Shown here one piece after another: positions 9,261-19,613 of a stretch of 64,000 nucleotides of DNA (position 1 is the first letter of the stretch; each line of letters begins with the position of its first letter). The translations under genes and the position numbers were made by a program. This DNA is from Candidatus Cloacimonadales bacterium. Its GTDB lineage: Bacteria; Cloacimonadota; Cloacimonadia; Cloacimonadales; DAONDQ01. The notes under the pieces were generated by a model. The model was not told the DNA's origin. It saw only the letters and a program-made list of their open reading frames with translations, and searched no databases. Location of the stretch: positions 3,200,001-3,264,000 of the forward strand of contig OY759316.1 of the NCBI GenBank assembly GCA_963662275.1. The letters run 5' to 3'.

Positions 9261-9495
9261 GTTAGGTGCTAGGTTCTAGGTGTTAGGTTCTAGTCCAGAA
9301 CAGCGCATGCGGAATATTAGCAATATTTGAACATATTCTTGATACCAGCTTCTATAGTAGTCATTCTTAAATTAATAACGACTATGCTTGGGCGTACGAG
9401 CTGTCACAGTGCAGATGTCGGTAGTCATCCTTGCGAGTGCGAGGATCCATCTTCTCCTCTTGAACCTAGCACCTGGAACCTAGCACCTGGAACCT
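9261..9495. repeat. Inverted pair of heptamer tandem arrays (TAGGTKC / GMACCTA)
   Basis: Array at 9261-9293 and reverse-complement array at 9462-9495. Same family as 30309-30717. Confidence 0.8.
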
Positions 9496-9500
9496 TTTAC

Positions 9501-11051
9501 TCACTTCACCAACATCATCTTCCTAACTTCCTGCTTCCCTGATGAAGAAATACGACAGAAATACAAGCTGGAAGCTACTGCATTACCATTGTCATCTTTC
9601 CCATTCCAAGTCACAGAATGCTGTCCAGCTATTTGGTTTTCATTGATAAGAGTCTTAACATGCTGACCTTTGATGTTATAGACCGATAGTTCTGTTAGCC
9701 CTTTTACAGGCAGGCTGTAGGAGATAGTTGTGGTGGGATTGAAGGGGTTTGGGTAGTTGGAAATAGAAACCAAGGATGATGAGGGAATGACGGTATCATC
9801 CGTTGTTGGTGTATTATTCTGAGCCAAATATGGATAGCCACCATTCAAATTGGCGTTGATTGACCACATGTCATCGGTTCCATTTGCGGTTTCACTAATA
9901 AAGTCCCATCCCGCATTCAGATATGTGCTGATGTCCTGCATTTGGGTTGTGGTGCAGCCAGTACCCCCGGCACTTGTGGATTGGCCACTGGTTTCGGTGT
10001 TCCAGAAGCTGCTAATAACTGATTCATTGCTACTATACCCCCCAAGTCCGCCAGTGCTGACTAGCCCAGTAACATTACCCGTGGCGTAGCAGTTGCTTAT
10101 GATACCTGTGTTACCCCCCACCAGACCACCGGTGTTTTGATAGCCACTTACACTACCGGTGGCATAGCAGTTGTCTATCGTGCCGTAGTTAGAACCCACC
10201 AGACCGCCGGCAGAGTTGTGTGCGTAAGGGCATGTAACACTACCTGTTGCGTAGCAGTTGCTGATTGTGCTCCCTTCGCTTAACCCCACTAGACCGCCAG
10301 TTTCACCAGAATGACCAGTAACACTGCAACTGGAGTTGCAGTTGTTGATTGTACTGTAAGTGTTATCCCCTGACAGACCACCGGTGTAAACATAGCCACT
10401 TACGCTACCGATGGTGTAGCAGTTGCTTATAGTACCACTATAGTTCTGCCCCACCAGTCCGCCAGTGTAATTTGTACCGGTCACTGTTCCTGTGGCGTAG
10501 CAGTTGTCTATGGATCCGTGGTTATTACCCACCAGTCCGCCGGTGCGCGTGTCTCTACCAATAATACTACCAGTGACATGGCAGTTGTTTATGGCACTAC
10601 CTTGGTTATCCCCCACCAGACCGCCGGTGTAATTATCGCCATGCACTTCCAAATTGTTCAATCCAAGATTAGCTAAGATGGCCTCATTTGTATTTCCAAA
10701 CATGCCTTGTAAGCTTATATATGGTCTATTAATGAATAAATTTAAAATTATATGTCCCTGACCATCGTAGTTGCCGGTAAAATTGACGTAATCAGTGCTG
10801 GAGTTATAATAACCAATCGGATTCCATCCTTGTCCCCAATTCCAATTCCGAGTATCGTTGGCATCAATATCGGCAGTCTGGACAAACCAACTACCCCAAC
10901 TGCTGCTGTTCTCACTGATCCATTGAAGATTATCCAAACTGGCTACATGATATGGGCTGGCTTCGGTTCCTTCACCAGCAGGCTGAACCGCCACCGCACT
11001 TAAAGTACATACACAGAAAATAAAAATCAAGGCCAAGCAAACTGCCTTCAA
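9501..11051 (-). CDS. Secreted GLUG-repeat protein with C-terminal FlgD-Ig/T9SS-type sorting domain
   Basis: Signal peptide; repeated NCYATGSVxG...TGGLVGxN; tail NYPNPFNP...RKMMLVK. Confidence 0.88.
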   Translation of the reverse strand: MKAVCLALIFIFCVCTLSAVAVQPAGEGTEASPYHVASLDNLQWISENSSSWGSWFVQTADIDANDTRNWNWGQGWNPIGYYNSSTDYVNFTGNYDGQGHIILNLFINRPYISLQGMFGNTNEAILANLGLNNLEVHGDNYTGGLVGDNQGSAINNCHVTGSIIGRDTRTGGLVGNNHGSIDNCYATGTVTGTNYTGGLVGQNYSGTISNCYTIGSVSGYVYTGGLSGDNTYSTINNCNSSCSVTGHSGETGGLVGLSEGSTISNCYATGSVTCPYAHNSAGGLVGSNYGTIDNCYATGSVSGYQNTGGLVGGNTGIISNCYATGNVTGLVSTGGLGGYSSNESVISSFWNTETSGQSTSAGGTGCTTTQMQDISTYLNAGWDFISETANGTDDMWSINANLNGGYPYLAQNNTPTTDDTVIPSSSLVSISNYPNPFNPTTTISYSLPVKGLTELSVYNIKGQHVKTLINENQIAGQHSVTWNGKDDNGNAVASSLYFCRISSSGKQEVRKMMLVK

Positions 11052-11176
11052 TATTCCTCCTAATGACTATGTTGAAAATTATCTTCCTACCAAATTCCTT
11101 TGTTGTCAAGCCTTTTCCTCTTCAGCCGTGAGTTCACTCCAACAATTCAAAAGCATACTGTACATGTGCAGATAGA

Positions 11177-11572
11177 GTCATGGATTCTCTCATCCGCATG
11201 AATGACAATAATGACGACAATCAAGTCCAGTATGGACGATAGATATTAACGACGGATTTCAATCCGCGATACGTGACCCATAGCGACCACTAGCCCGGTA
11301 CGGACGGCGATGAGTATGAGTGCATATAGTCCGGTACGTGATAGTGTAGTGTATCGTCGCGATTGGACTTTGATCTCTTGTGGTCAGTTGCCACCGGATT
11401 GAAATCCAGTGTTATTATCTTCTTTCCCTACGGGAATTGTCTTCATTTCACTCATATCATCGCATTGAAATCCAGTATTAGTATATGTCGTCAGTACCTG
11501 ACTAATCCGTAAGCAATCAATTTCACAGGATATCAATCCAGTGTTATTATCTTTCATCCCGTTGGGATTTAG
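11177..11572. repeat. Cluster of degenerate palindromic REP-like elements, a family distinct from the RAYT REPs
   Basis: Recurrent GGATTTCAATCC/GGATTGAAATCC; AATCCAGTGTTATTATC twice; small hairpins GTCCAGTATGGAC, TTCCCTACGGGAA, ATCCCGTTGGGAT. Confidence 0.65.
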
Positions 11573-11591
11573 AACAGCTCTAATTAATCAA

Positions 11592-12701
11592 TCAGTGAGC
11601 AGCCCTGCAAAGGCGCAAGCCTATGCTGTAGTCAGTGGTAGTCGCTACGTTGTTATAGCGGAAGGTATAATAACAGAAGCTTGCCCAGCCACCCCAATAG
11701 CCACCACGTCCTACACGGGTCAGCCCTGTTGTGGCTCCGTGCGGGTCTAACTGATCACCGCTGGGATAAGTACCCCTGATGTCCCAAACCCATTCATGGA
11801 CATTACCGCTCATATCGAATAGACCAAGTTCATTAGAAGCCAGATCGCCCACCGTATGCGTAGTATAATTTGCCTGTCCCCAATTCGTCCAAATCCATCC
11901 AACTTCATCGATATTGTCACTCCCGCTAAACTGGTATGCGTTGGGCTGATGTACCTGCAGTCCACCTCTCGCAGCGAACCACCATTCCATCTCAGTAGGC
12001 AGGCGATAACCGTTTGCATCCCAATTACAGGAGACATTCGTGTGGTTATTTATATCGGTATTCCAGCCCGTAGGCCAGCTTGGAGGATAAGAACCGAATG
12101 TTGAATAGGAATAACATGCTGTAAGACCTTCATTGATACTTCTTCTATTACAGTATTCAATGGCATTATACCACGAAACATTATAGACGGGATAATTGCT
12201 GCCGACTCCATAGCCGGTCGCAGGATTGATTCCCATCACAGCCTCATAACCGGACTGTGTAAGCTCATATTTATCTATATAGAAATCTGAGACGGTGACA
12301 TTAGATGTACCATTATTGAACATACCCCCGATTACATGAACCAGGCTATCATCTTCAGCGCAAACCTTAACTCTAAACTGGCTACCGATAATATTGTATG
12401 TCTCTGCTCCGATATTCCAGACGATATTCTTTCTATTCCCGGGTACGATTCCGGATCCGATATCTCCACTGAGGTTAGCACGAACCGGAATCAGAGTAAA
12501 AGAAACACCTGCATCAACCGAGACAATGACTGAGATCGTACAAGTGTCGGATTCAGCATCTGCGAGGTCATACGAAATATCTACAAGCATACTGTTGTCT
12601 GTACGCTGGATCATAGTTGCATTGATAACTGTAGGAGTTGAAGCTGCAAAGACAAATACTGTGAATAACAATAAACTGAATGAAATGATCATGTATTTCA
12701 T
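11592..12701 (-). CDS. Secreted FGE-sulfatase (SUMF1/C-type-lectin fold) domain protein with N-terminal Ig-like domain
   Basis: FYIDKYELTQ, PVYNVSW, GYRLPTEMEW, NELGLFDMSGNVHEW, RGGYW, IGLRL. ATG 12701 follows AAAGGAG. Confidence 0.9.
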   Translation of the reverse strand: MKYMIISFSLLLFTVFVFAASTPTVINATMIQRTDNSMLVDISYDLADAESDTCTISVIVSVDAGVSFTLIPVRANLSGDIGSGIVPGNRKNIVWNIGAETYNIIGSQFRVKVCAEDDSLVHVIGGMFNNGTSNVTVSDFYIDKYELTQSGYEAVMGINPATGYGVGSNYPVYNVSWYNAIEYCNRRSINEGLTACYSYSTFGSYPPSWPTGWNTDINNHTNVSCNWDANGYRLPTEMEWWFAARGGLQVHQPNAYQFSGSDNIDEVGWIWTNWGQANYTTHTVGDLASNELGLFDMSGNVHEWVWDIRGTYPSGDQLDPHGATTGLTRVGRGGYWGGWASFCYYTFRYNNVATTTDYSIGLRLCRAAH

Positions 12702-12717
12702 ATTATCTCCTTTCCTG

Positions 12718-13122
12718 CTACTTAAGTAAGACCAGTTTTTTGGTTTCATTTGCAGAAGGTGTGATCAGCTTATAAAAGTAGATACCGCTGCAGCAGTCTT
12801 TACCATCCCAGTTCAGGCTATGCACTCCTGCTGAAATTGGAAAGGATTTCACTGTCTGTCCCAGGATATTGAAGATAGTTACAGTCCCGATTTCTCCCAT
12901 CTTTATGGAAACGCTGATATTGACACTATGGCTATTATCAGTGTGGAAAGGATTAGGAAAGGCATTGTTCAGATGAGAAATTGCTATTGCAGGAATGATA
13001 TCATCATCAACAGCAACATCAGTGTTGTTTAGAATGGAGTTTTCTGTTGAAATCACAAATCCTGTCAGGGCAAAAATGCTTACTGTGAAGCAAAGCATAG
13101 CGATAAGAATGATTGTTTTCAT
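12718..13122 (-). CDS. Small secreted protein made almost entirely of a T9SS/FlgD-Ig-type sorting domain
   Basis: Signal peptide, a short linker, then AFPNPF...IFNILGQ.VK...WDG...SGIYFYKL...KKLVLLK. Confidence 0.82.
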   Translation of the reverse strand: MKTIILIAMLCFTVSIFALTGFVISTENSILNNTDVAVDDDIIPAIAISHLNNAFPNPFHTDNSHSVNISVSIKMGEIGTVTIFNILGQTVKSFPISAGVHSLNWDGKDCCSGIYFYKLITPSANETKKLVLLK

Positions 13123-13400
13123 GTTCGCGGCTCCTGTTCATATTATTTTAATAAATTCCCGATTCATCAAGATCGATACAAATAAGCAGTTAGAGATACT
13201 CAAATTAATTGGTTCACCGCAAAGAGAGTGGTTGAGTGATTATGCTCTGATTATTTGAATATGTTCGAGACATAAATCTCTCCCTTATCTATGAACTGCC
13301 GATTTTCTTGTCAATTTCTTTTACGATTAACTCCTGTAAATTGAGAATCAGACAATTCCGTTCTGGATTGTAACAAAATGTAGCACTTAAATTGCTTCCC

Positions 13401-13499
13401 TATGAGTTACAATATGATTACTATATCATTACGGTATTAATACGGTTTTTTACCGTAATGCTACCGTATTGCTACCGTATTGGTACCGTAATGCTCATA
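13401..13499. repeat. 11-bp-period inverted array forming a long imperfect hairpin
   Basis: TACCGTA(A/T)TG(C/G) x4 at 13451-13494, preceded by four degenerate inverted units at 13404-13447. Confidence 0.85.
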
Positions 13500-13527
13500 T
13501 GTGCCACTAAGACAAAATAAAGCCTTT

Positions 13528-13770
13528 CTGAAGTCCATTTTCCCTTTTAGCTAGATTGTAATCAACACTTTGATAGAGTAATTGAATTTCCCAGAAAATG
13601 AGTTTTCGTTAACGAGGATGAAAGGTCGGTTTGAACTTCCCTGAAAACAGGTTTTCGCTACCGAGGATGAAAATGTTGCTCATGAAGTCCACATGCCCTA
13701 TTAGTCAGAGGTTTATTGAAAGTGATCTTGGGCATATGAACTCCAGAGCTTAGCTTTCATGTAAACTCAA
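13528..13770. repeat. Dispersed modular repeat family B (MITE-like)
   Basis: GGTTTGAACTTCCCTGAAAA...TTTTCGCTACCGAGGATGAAAATGT and TGAACTCCA...CTTAGCTTTCATGTAAA recur inverted at about 30365-30570. Fragments at about 444-520 and 50100-50142. Confidence 0.75.
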
Positions 13771-13782
13771 GAAAGTGTGCAA

Positions 13783-15075
13783 CTACTTCCTCGAAATATT
13801 CACATCCTTGATCCTGATAAACGGTGCAATCGAGCCACCATCATTGATAGTTTCAGAAGAGATATCAGCGATATTATTGAACATCTCAATGAGATTTGCG
13901 CTCATCATGGTCTCACTGATAGGATATTGCAGTTTCCCGTTTTCAATATAATAGCTATTTTTAAGCACAGAGCTGAAATCGGTATTAGGATTTGGCGAAC
14001 CACCGGAATCACGAACACAGAGAACTCCCTTAGCTATATCTTTGATCATATCTTGAAGCTTAGTATTTCCTGTGCTGATTTTCCATCCCCCTGAATACCC
14101 AATAGTGCGTTGTTTTCCAACTTTATTGGCAGTAAATAAACTGATCGGATAGTGTTTCAAAACACCCTTTTCGAGAATGGGAGCATCAACGGCAAGATAG
14201 CCATCATAGGTAACAGGAGAAACATAACTAAACGCAGGATCGCTAGGTGTGGCATATAGGCTCAGTTTTTCATCAAACAGTTTCTGCTCCAGGTGATCGG
14301 GATACTTGCTTGTTTTCTTAATCAGGCTCGAATCACCAAATTGAGAATCGATCAACATTTCAACCATCGACATACTGACAAAAGGATATAAAATGACATC
14401 ACCGATGAAGTTTTCGGGGATAGGTTTGGTTACTGTCTGCTCGGTAATTTGTTTGATCAGATCATCCGTGAAATTCATGGAAAGAAGCGGTTGATCCAAG
14501 TCTTTGAAAGTGAACCCCGTATAATTGAAAGACGACATCTTTTTGCCTTCTTTAGCCGTAAACATCGTATTGAAACTGTAATATCCATTTTGTTCCTCAT
14601 AATCGACGCCATTACTATTGAGATAGAACCTGTGTTTTTTAAAATAGGACATCGTACCATCGAACTGGACAGTTGGATAACCTGTTTTCATCTGTTCAGA
14701 ATATTCAACTAAACGGTCACATAACTTATCGTAATCACCTTCCAAGGTTCCGGTTTTAAAACTTTTCGCCTCTTGAAAAGGGGCAATATCAAATGCTGGA
14801 TCCGGACTGGCAGAACTGATATCTACAAAGAGTCTGTCGATTGTTGTTTCGATGCTCGTTTTATCCAATTGGTTCAGTGTTGTATTTGCCTGCTTATGGT
14901 CTTTAATGATAGAGATGTTCATCGCAATACTATTCACTGAGCGGAGCAGGTTAAGCTCTTTATAAATGAGATTGAATTCTTCTTTATCAGATTTATTCAG
15001 AACCAGTTCGATCTTATCAGCACCTTTGTCTTTCAGCAATTGCATGGTGTTTTGGAGAATTTCGCGGTAGTTCAT
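13783..15075 (-). CDS. TldE/PmbA family protein
   Basis: Overlaps the tldD stop; C-terminal YYIENGKLQYPISETMMSANL pattern; no HExxxH. Confidence 0.85.
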   Translation of the reverse strand: MNYREILQNTMQLLKDKGADKIELVLNKSDKEEFNLIYKELNLLRSVNSIAMNISIIKDHKQANTTLNQLDKTSIETTIDRLFVDISSASPDPAFDIAPFQEAKSFKTGTLEGDYDKLCDRLVEYSEQMKTGYPTVQFDGTMSYFKKHRFYLNSNGVDYEEQNGYYSFNTMFTAKEGKKMSSFNYTGFTFKDLDQPLLSMNFTDDLIKQITEQTVTKPIPENFIGDVILYPFVSMSMVEMLIDSQFGDSSLIKKTSKYPDHLEQKLFDEKLSLYATPSDPAFSYVSPVTYDGYLAVDAPILEKGVLKHYPISLFTANKVGKQRTIGYSGGWKISTGNTKLQDMIKDIAKGVLCVRDSGGSPNPNTDFSSVLKNSYYIENGKLQYPISETMMSANLIEMFNNIADISSETINDGGSIAPFIRIKDVNISRK

Positions 15076-16454
15076 TGTTTACCCCCAATATTGACTTTAC
15101 ATTTGATAGCAGGACCACCCATCCCAACGGGGATTGGCTGTTTCTTTCCGCACATGCCGGCACAGCTCCAATCCATTTCATCAGAAATCATAGTAACGGT
15201 CTTTAGTAAATCAAAAGCAACACCGGATATAGTTGTTTCCTTGATTGCCTTCCCCAATTTACCTTTGATAATTTCATATCCAAGAGTGATGCCAAACATA
15301 AATTCGCTGGTCGAATCAGCCTGTCCGTTGCTTGGATCGATCAGATAGTAGCCATTTTCGATGGATGCAATCATTTCCTGCAATTTGTCCTTACCAGGAA
15401 CAATCATCGTATTTCGCATACGGATTAGAGGTTCATCACTAAAAGAATAAGCACGTGCATTGCCGGTTAACTTGTGTCCCATTCGTTGAGCGCTTTCCTT
15501 ATTGTGCATGAATGCGCGCAGGTAACCATCTCTGATTACAACGCAATCCTCCGCTCTGGTACCTTCATCATCAATAAAAACGGGAACCGGGCACATCTTA
15601 TTATCCCAAGTATTTGCCACATCAATCAGCGTTACCAGGGGATTGGCTACTTGCTGGTTTAGATAATCTCCGGCAATGGAACCATTTAGGACAAGATCAG
15701 CTTCCGTCGTGTGTCCTATTGCTTCATGGGCTAGGATACCGGCAAGTTTCGAATCAAGGACACATTCAAAAGTACCTGGTTTTGCAAAAACGGCTGCTTT
15801 TTTATCCATGAGTTGCTCATAGAGCTTATCAATTTTACTAAAGAGGGTCTCCGGTTTCTCAAAATTATCTTCAAACTGCCCAAATCCATCGAAGATGGCA
15901 TAATGCTGAATTGGTTCTGCATTATGGATGATATTAAAGACCACTACAAGAATAATCCTGGGTGTCATTGATTTCATAACACTATTATCTGTAGTAACAA
16001 TATACTTTTCCATTTCGTGGGAACTCATGGCGACTGTCCTTGAACTAAGATCAGGATATTTTGACTGGATATAAGCATCAATTGCATTTAAAAATTCGAT
16101 CTTACGAGCTGTAGTCCACAACTCCTTCTTGGTATAAAAAAGATATTCACCATGAGCCGGGCTGGATGGCAGTGACACATGATTACCCTTTAATCGTTTG
16201 CTAAGATATTGGGCATTTTCAGATGCCTTGTTTATGATGGATTGCATACTTTGGGGTGTAATATCAGGAGAGCTGGCAAGTCCCCAAGCCCCCTTCTCAA
16301 AAACCCTTGCCATCAACCCACCGGTAGCAGATAAGTTATTTTGGATCAAGGTTCCGTCATTCAAAACCAGAGATTGACTCCGATTCTCCTGGATTTTAAG
16401 TTCAGCATAGCTCAAACTAACAGGTAATAATTGTTTTAAATCAAATGAATTCAT
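15072..16454 (-). CDS. tldD: TldD metalloprotease
   Basis: HEAIGHTTEAD, TGNARA, PLIRMRNT, CGKKQPIPVGMGGP. ATG 16454 follows AGGAG. Confidence 0.92.
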   Translation of the reverse strand: MNSFDLKQLLPVSLSYAELKIQENRSQSLVLNDGTLIQNNLSATGGLMARVFEKGAWGLASSPDITPQSMQSIINKASENAQYLSKRLKGNHVSLPSSPAHGEYLFYTKKELWTTARKIEFLNAIDAYIQSKYPDLSSRTVAMSSHEMEKYIVTTDNSVMKSMTPRIILVVVFNIIHNAEPIQHYAIFDGFGQFEDNFEKPETLFSKIDKLYEQLMDKKAAVFAKPGTFECVLDSKLAGILAHEAIGHTTEADLVLNGSIAGDYLNQQVANPLVTLIDVANTWDNKMCPVPVFIDDEGTRAEDCVVIRDGYLRAFMHNKESAQRMGHKLTGNARAYSFSDEPLIRMRNTMIVPGKDKLQEMIASIENGYYLIDPSNGQADSTSEFMFGITLGYEIIKGKLGKAIKETTISGVAFDLLKTVTMISDEMDWSCAGMCGKKQPIPVGMGGPAIKCKVNIGGKQ

Positions 16455-16907
16455 TATGACTCCTAAAGAAATCTTCTTAGTAAGTACTGTGAGATTCAAG
16501 TAATTCTTGTCAATGTTTTTTACACACTTAACAATGATTGTGAGAATCGGATACTCGTAATACTTTACTATTGCTCTAAGGCATACGGAGTGTGCAAATG
16601 ACTAACCAAATATACATTGACATCACATAAATAGTCCTATTATTTGACGTACTGTCAATATAAGGAAATAAAAAATGAATTATAGTGGAATGTTCCATAA
16701 TCTTGAATTGTGGAAAGAATCGATTGTGTCTCCGATTATTTGCAAGAAAATCCCTTCAGATTTATTCTTAATTCCCTATAATCTCATGACCAATATTGAT
16801 ATCAGTTGCGGATATGGAAATGAGACTGTTTGAAACGAGACGAGGGAAAATTGAAAGCAATATTAAGTGTTAGCACTGATGAATTCAATATTTGGGAATC
16901 ATAATAA

Positions 16908-17366
16908 GTGTTTCAATTAAATATAGATATTCCCAAGCTGCTCAAAAAACGTGTTTCCAAATTTTTGGTAACTGGAACTGCGGGTGCTCTCATCAATCTT
17001 GCAGCCATGTTCCTGATCGTGAGAATATTTAAGATGACATCAGCTATTCAGAGCAATATAGCAAATTTGCTCAGTATTGAGGTCAGCATCTGGTTTAGTT
17101 TTATCATGAACCGGAATTGGACTTGGTCTGAACGACCTCTGTTCAGTAATCTCAAATTAGTGAAGCAATTTATGGTATTCCATATTGCTGTTGGGGCATC
17201 TGTTTTATTTCGAGCCGGGCTGTATCCTCTTCTGCAATTAACGGGGATGTACTATTTGGTTAATTCAGCCATTGGTATTGCCTTAGGTTCAATTATCAAC
17301 TACTTTTTCTTTGATAAACTGATCTTTATTGGACATAACTCAACGATTGAAAGGGAGGAAACTTGA
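16908..17366 (+). CDS. GtrA family flippase-like membrane protein
   Basis: Four hydrophobic segments; [27 protein letters not shown]. Confidence 0.85.
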   Translation: MFQLNIDIPKLLKKRVSKFLVTGTAGALINLAAMFLIVRIFKMTSAIQSNIANLLSIEVSIWFSFIMNRNWTWSERPLFSNLKLVKQFMVFHIAVGASVLFRAGLYPLLQLTGMYYLVNSAIGIALGSIINYFFFDKLIFIGHNSTIEREET

Positions 17367-18409
17367 AGACAGCATTGATAACCGGTCTAACCGGTCAGGA
17401 TGGATCATACCTTGCCGAATTACTTTTAGAAAAAGATTATAAAGTCTATGGAATGGTTAGGCGTTCTTCTTCATTTAATACTAGCCGAATAGATCATATA
17501 TTAAGCGATTCACATACACCTGAAATTAGATTGTTTCGCGAATACGGTGATCTATCTGATAGTTCCAATATTTCCAGGGTCATTGAAAGAATCAAACCAG
17601 ATGAAATTTACAATTTAGGAGCTCAGTCTCATGTTAGGGTTAGCTTTGATATTCCGGAATACACTGCCGATGTAAATGGCATTGGAGTATTAAGGGTTTT
17701 GGATGCGATCAGAGACACAAGAATTCAAACAAGGTTCTACCAAGCTTCCAGTAGTGAATTATTTGGCGATGCCCCAGCTCCACAAAATGAAAACACTAAT
17801 TTTCAACCGCGCAGCCCATATGCAATTTCCAAACTGTTTGGATATTGGACAACAGTAAACTATCGAGAAGCTTACAACATTTTTGCCTGTAATGGTATTC
17901 TATTTAATCATGAGTCCCCTCGTAGAGGAGGTACTTTTGTAACCAGAAAGATAACCAGGGGCATGGTACGCATTAAACTTGGTCAGTTAGATTGCTTATA
18001 TATGGGTAACATGAATGCACAACGGGATTGGGGTTATGCGAAAGATTTTATGGAAGGTATCTGGAGTATGCTGCAGCAAAACACTCCTGACGATTTTGTC
18101 TTAGCTACCGGAGAAACTCATACTGTCAGAGAATTCGCAGAGACGGTTGCTGGATTCTTGGATATCGATCTGGTCTGGAAGGGTTCTGGCATAGAAGAAA
18201 TAGGAATTGATAACAAAACGGGGAAAACAATTATTCGAATCGATCCATTCTTTTTTAGACCAACCGAAGTAAACTTGTTACAGGGAGATTATAGCAAAGC
18301 CAAGAGAATTCTCGGCTGGGAACCGAAAATATCATTTAAAGAGCTTGTTCGGATAATGGTTGAAGCTGATTATAATGATGTAAAAAAAGGTACGAACGCA
18401 AATGTCTAA
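17363..18409 (+). CDS. gmd: GDP-mannose 4,6-dehydratase
   Basis: [53 protein letters not shown]. Confidence 0.97.
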   Translation: MKTALITGLTGQDGSYLAELLLEKDYKVYGMVRRSSSFNTSRIDHILSDSHTPEIRLFREYGDLSDSSNISRVIERIKPDEIYNLGAQSHVRVSFDIPEYTADVNGIGVLRVLDAIRDTRIQTRFYQASSSELFGDAPAPQNENTNFQPRSPYAISKLFGYWTTVNYREAYNIFACNGILFNHESPRRGGTFVTRKITRGMVRIKLGQLDCLYMGNMNAQRDWGYAKDFMEGIWSMLQQNTPDDFVLATGETHTVREFAETVAGFLDIDLVWKGSGIEEIGIDNKTGKTIIRIDPFFFRPTEVNLLQGDYSKAKRILGWEPKISFKELVRIMVEADYNDVKKGTNANV

Positions 18410-19613
18410 AGTATTAATAACCGGAGCAAGTGGTTATTTAGGCTTTAACCTGTTAAACTTCTTATCAACTCATGGATTCGACACAGTCGGGTTGGATATT
18501 CGGAATCCTTATAATCTGGAGCAAATCCATCTGGTTGATATCACGGATCAATCAAGTTTGGATGAATTGATTCATCGTGTTTGTCCCGATATCCTCATTC
18601 ATACTGCTGGTATAAAAAATATCGAATTGTGCGAAAAAGAACCTGATTTAACGTTCAGAACTAATATAGAAGCTACGACAAATATTATTAACTCCTTAGT
18701 TAAATCCAGTCCTCAAACAAAGCTAATTTTTATTTCATCAGATTATGTTTTTGACGGTGTGCGGGGAAATTATACAGAGTCCGACACCCCCAATCCCACT
18801 ACCGTTTATGGAAAATCCAAGCTTGCAGCGGAACAGCAGATTACAGATTCATCAATAAATCACCTCATCATAAGAACATCAAATCTTTTTGGCAAGGGAG
18901 GTGGGTTTTATGGCTTTGTAAAACAAGCAATTGAACATAATGAGAAGTTAGAAGCATATTCAGATACTTACTTTACTCCTACATATATTGATTATTTTAT
19001 GCATACCATTATTCGGGCAATCAAATTAAACACTAACGGTCTTCTTCATATCAGTGGCAGTCAAAGAGTTAACAGGTATCAATTTGCCCGATTAATCGCA
19101 GCGATATATGGAAAGGAGCAACTAATTACGCACTCAATACAGCCACCCATGGGATTCTTGGCAAAAGATTCATCCTTAGATAGTGCCTTAGCGGCTAAAA
19201 CGCTAAAAAGCTATCTACCTGATATTGAAACTGCCATTTATGTAGATCATGGATTTATTACTTTCCCATACTTTTCGCATATTGACGAAAGAGGCTCAAT
19301 ACTAGGCTCTTCCAATGAACAACAATGGGAAGAAATCAATTTTATTACTTCTATGAAAGGATCGGTTCGGGGTGGACACTACCATAAATCATGCATGGAA
19401 GGCATTCTAATCACAGAGGGAATTGTTGCTATCGTGTTTCGTGATACACGCAGCAAACAAGTTTACACGTTTACGGCAAAAAAGGGTAGTTTAATCAACA
19501 TACAACCTTATGTAGAACACACATTCACGGCATTAACGGATGTCAGTTGGGTCAATATGCTTACTCGGAAATTTGATCAGGAATTTCCGGATATCTATTC
19601 TTTTGTAGAGTAG
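18402..19613 (+). CDS. RmlD-like NDP-4-keto-6-deoxysugar reductase fused to a C-terminal cupin (FdtA/WxcM- or RmlC-like)
   Basis: [22 protein letters not shown]; then DERG and RGGHYH cupin motifs. Confidence 0.85.
   Translation: MSKVLITGASGYLGFNLLNFLSTHGFDTVGLDIRNPYNLEQIHLVDITDQSSLDELIHRVCPDILIHTAGIKNIELCEKEPDLTFRTNIEATTNIINSLVKSSPQTKLIFISSDYVFDGVRGNYTESDTPNPTTVYGKSKLAAEQQITDSSINHLIIRTSNLFGKGGGFYGFVKQAIEHNEKLEAYSDTYFTPTYIDYFMHTIIRAIKLNTNGLLHISGSQRVNRYQFARLIAAIYGKEQLITHSIQPPMGFLAKDSSLDSALAAKTLKSYLPDIETAIYVDHGFITFPYFSHIDERGSILGSSNEQQWEEINFITSMKGSVRGGHYHKSCMEGILITEGIVAIVFRDTRSKQVYTFTAKKGSLINIQPYVEHTFTALTDVSWVNMLTRKFDQEFPDIYSFVE

Noticed and set aside
11051..13780. Complete diversity-generating retroelement
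   Set aside because: No reverse transcriptase, Avd or template repeat is visible; only a target-like C-terminus, reported as a finding.
16675..16833. 52-codon ORF (MNYSGMFHNLELWKES...) resembling a four-helix-bundle protein start, ending near GAGACTGTT similar to the IS TIR
   Set aside because: The similarity covers only about 10 residues and 9 bp, with no partner TIR or TSD; too weak to call.
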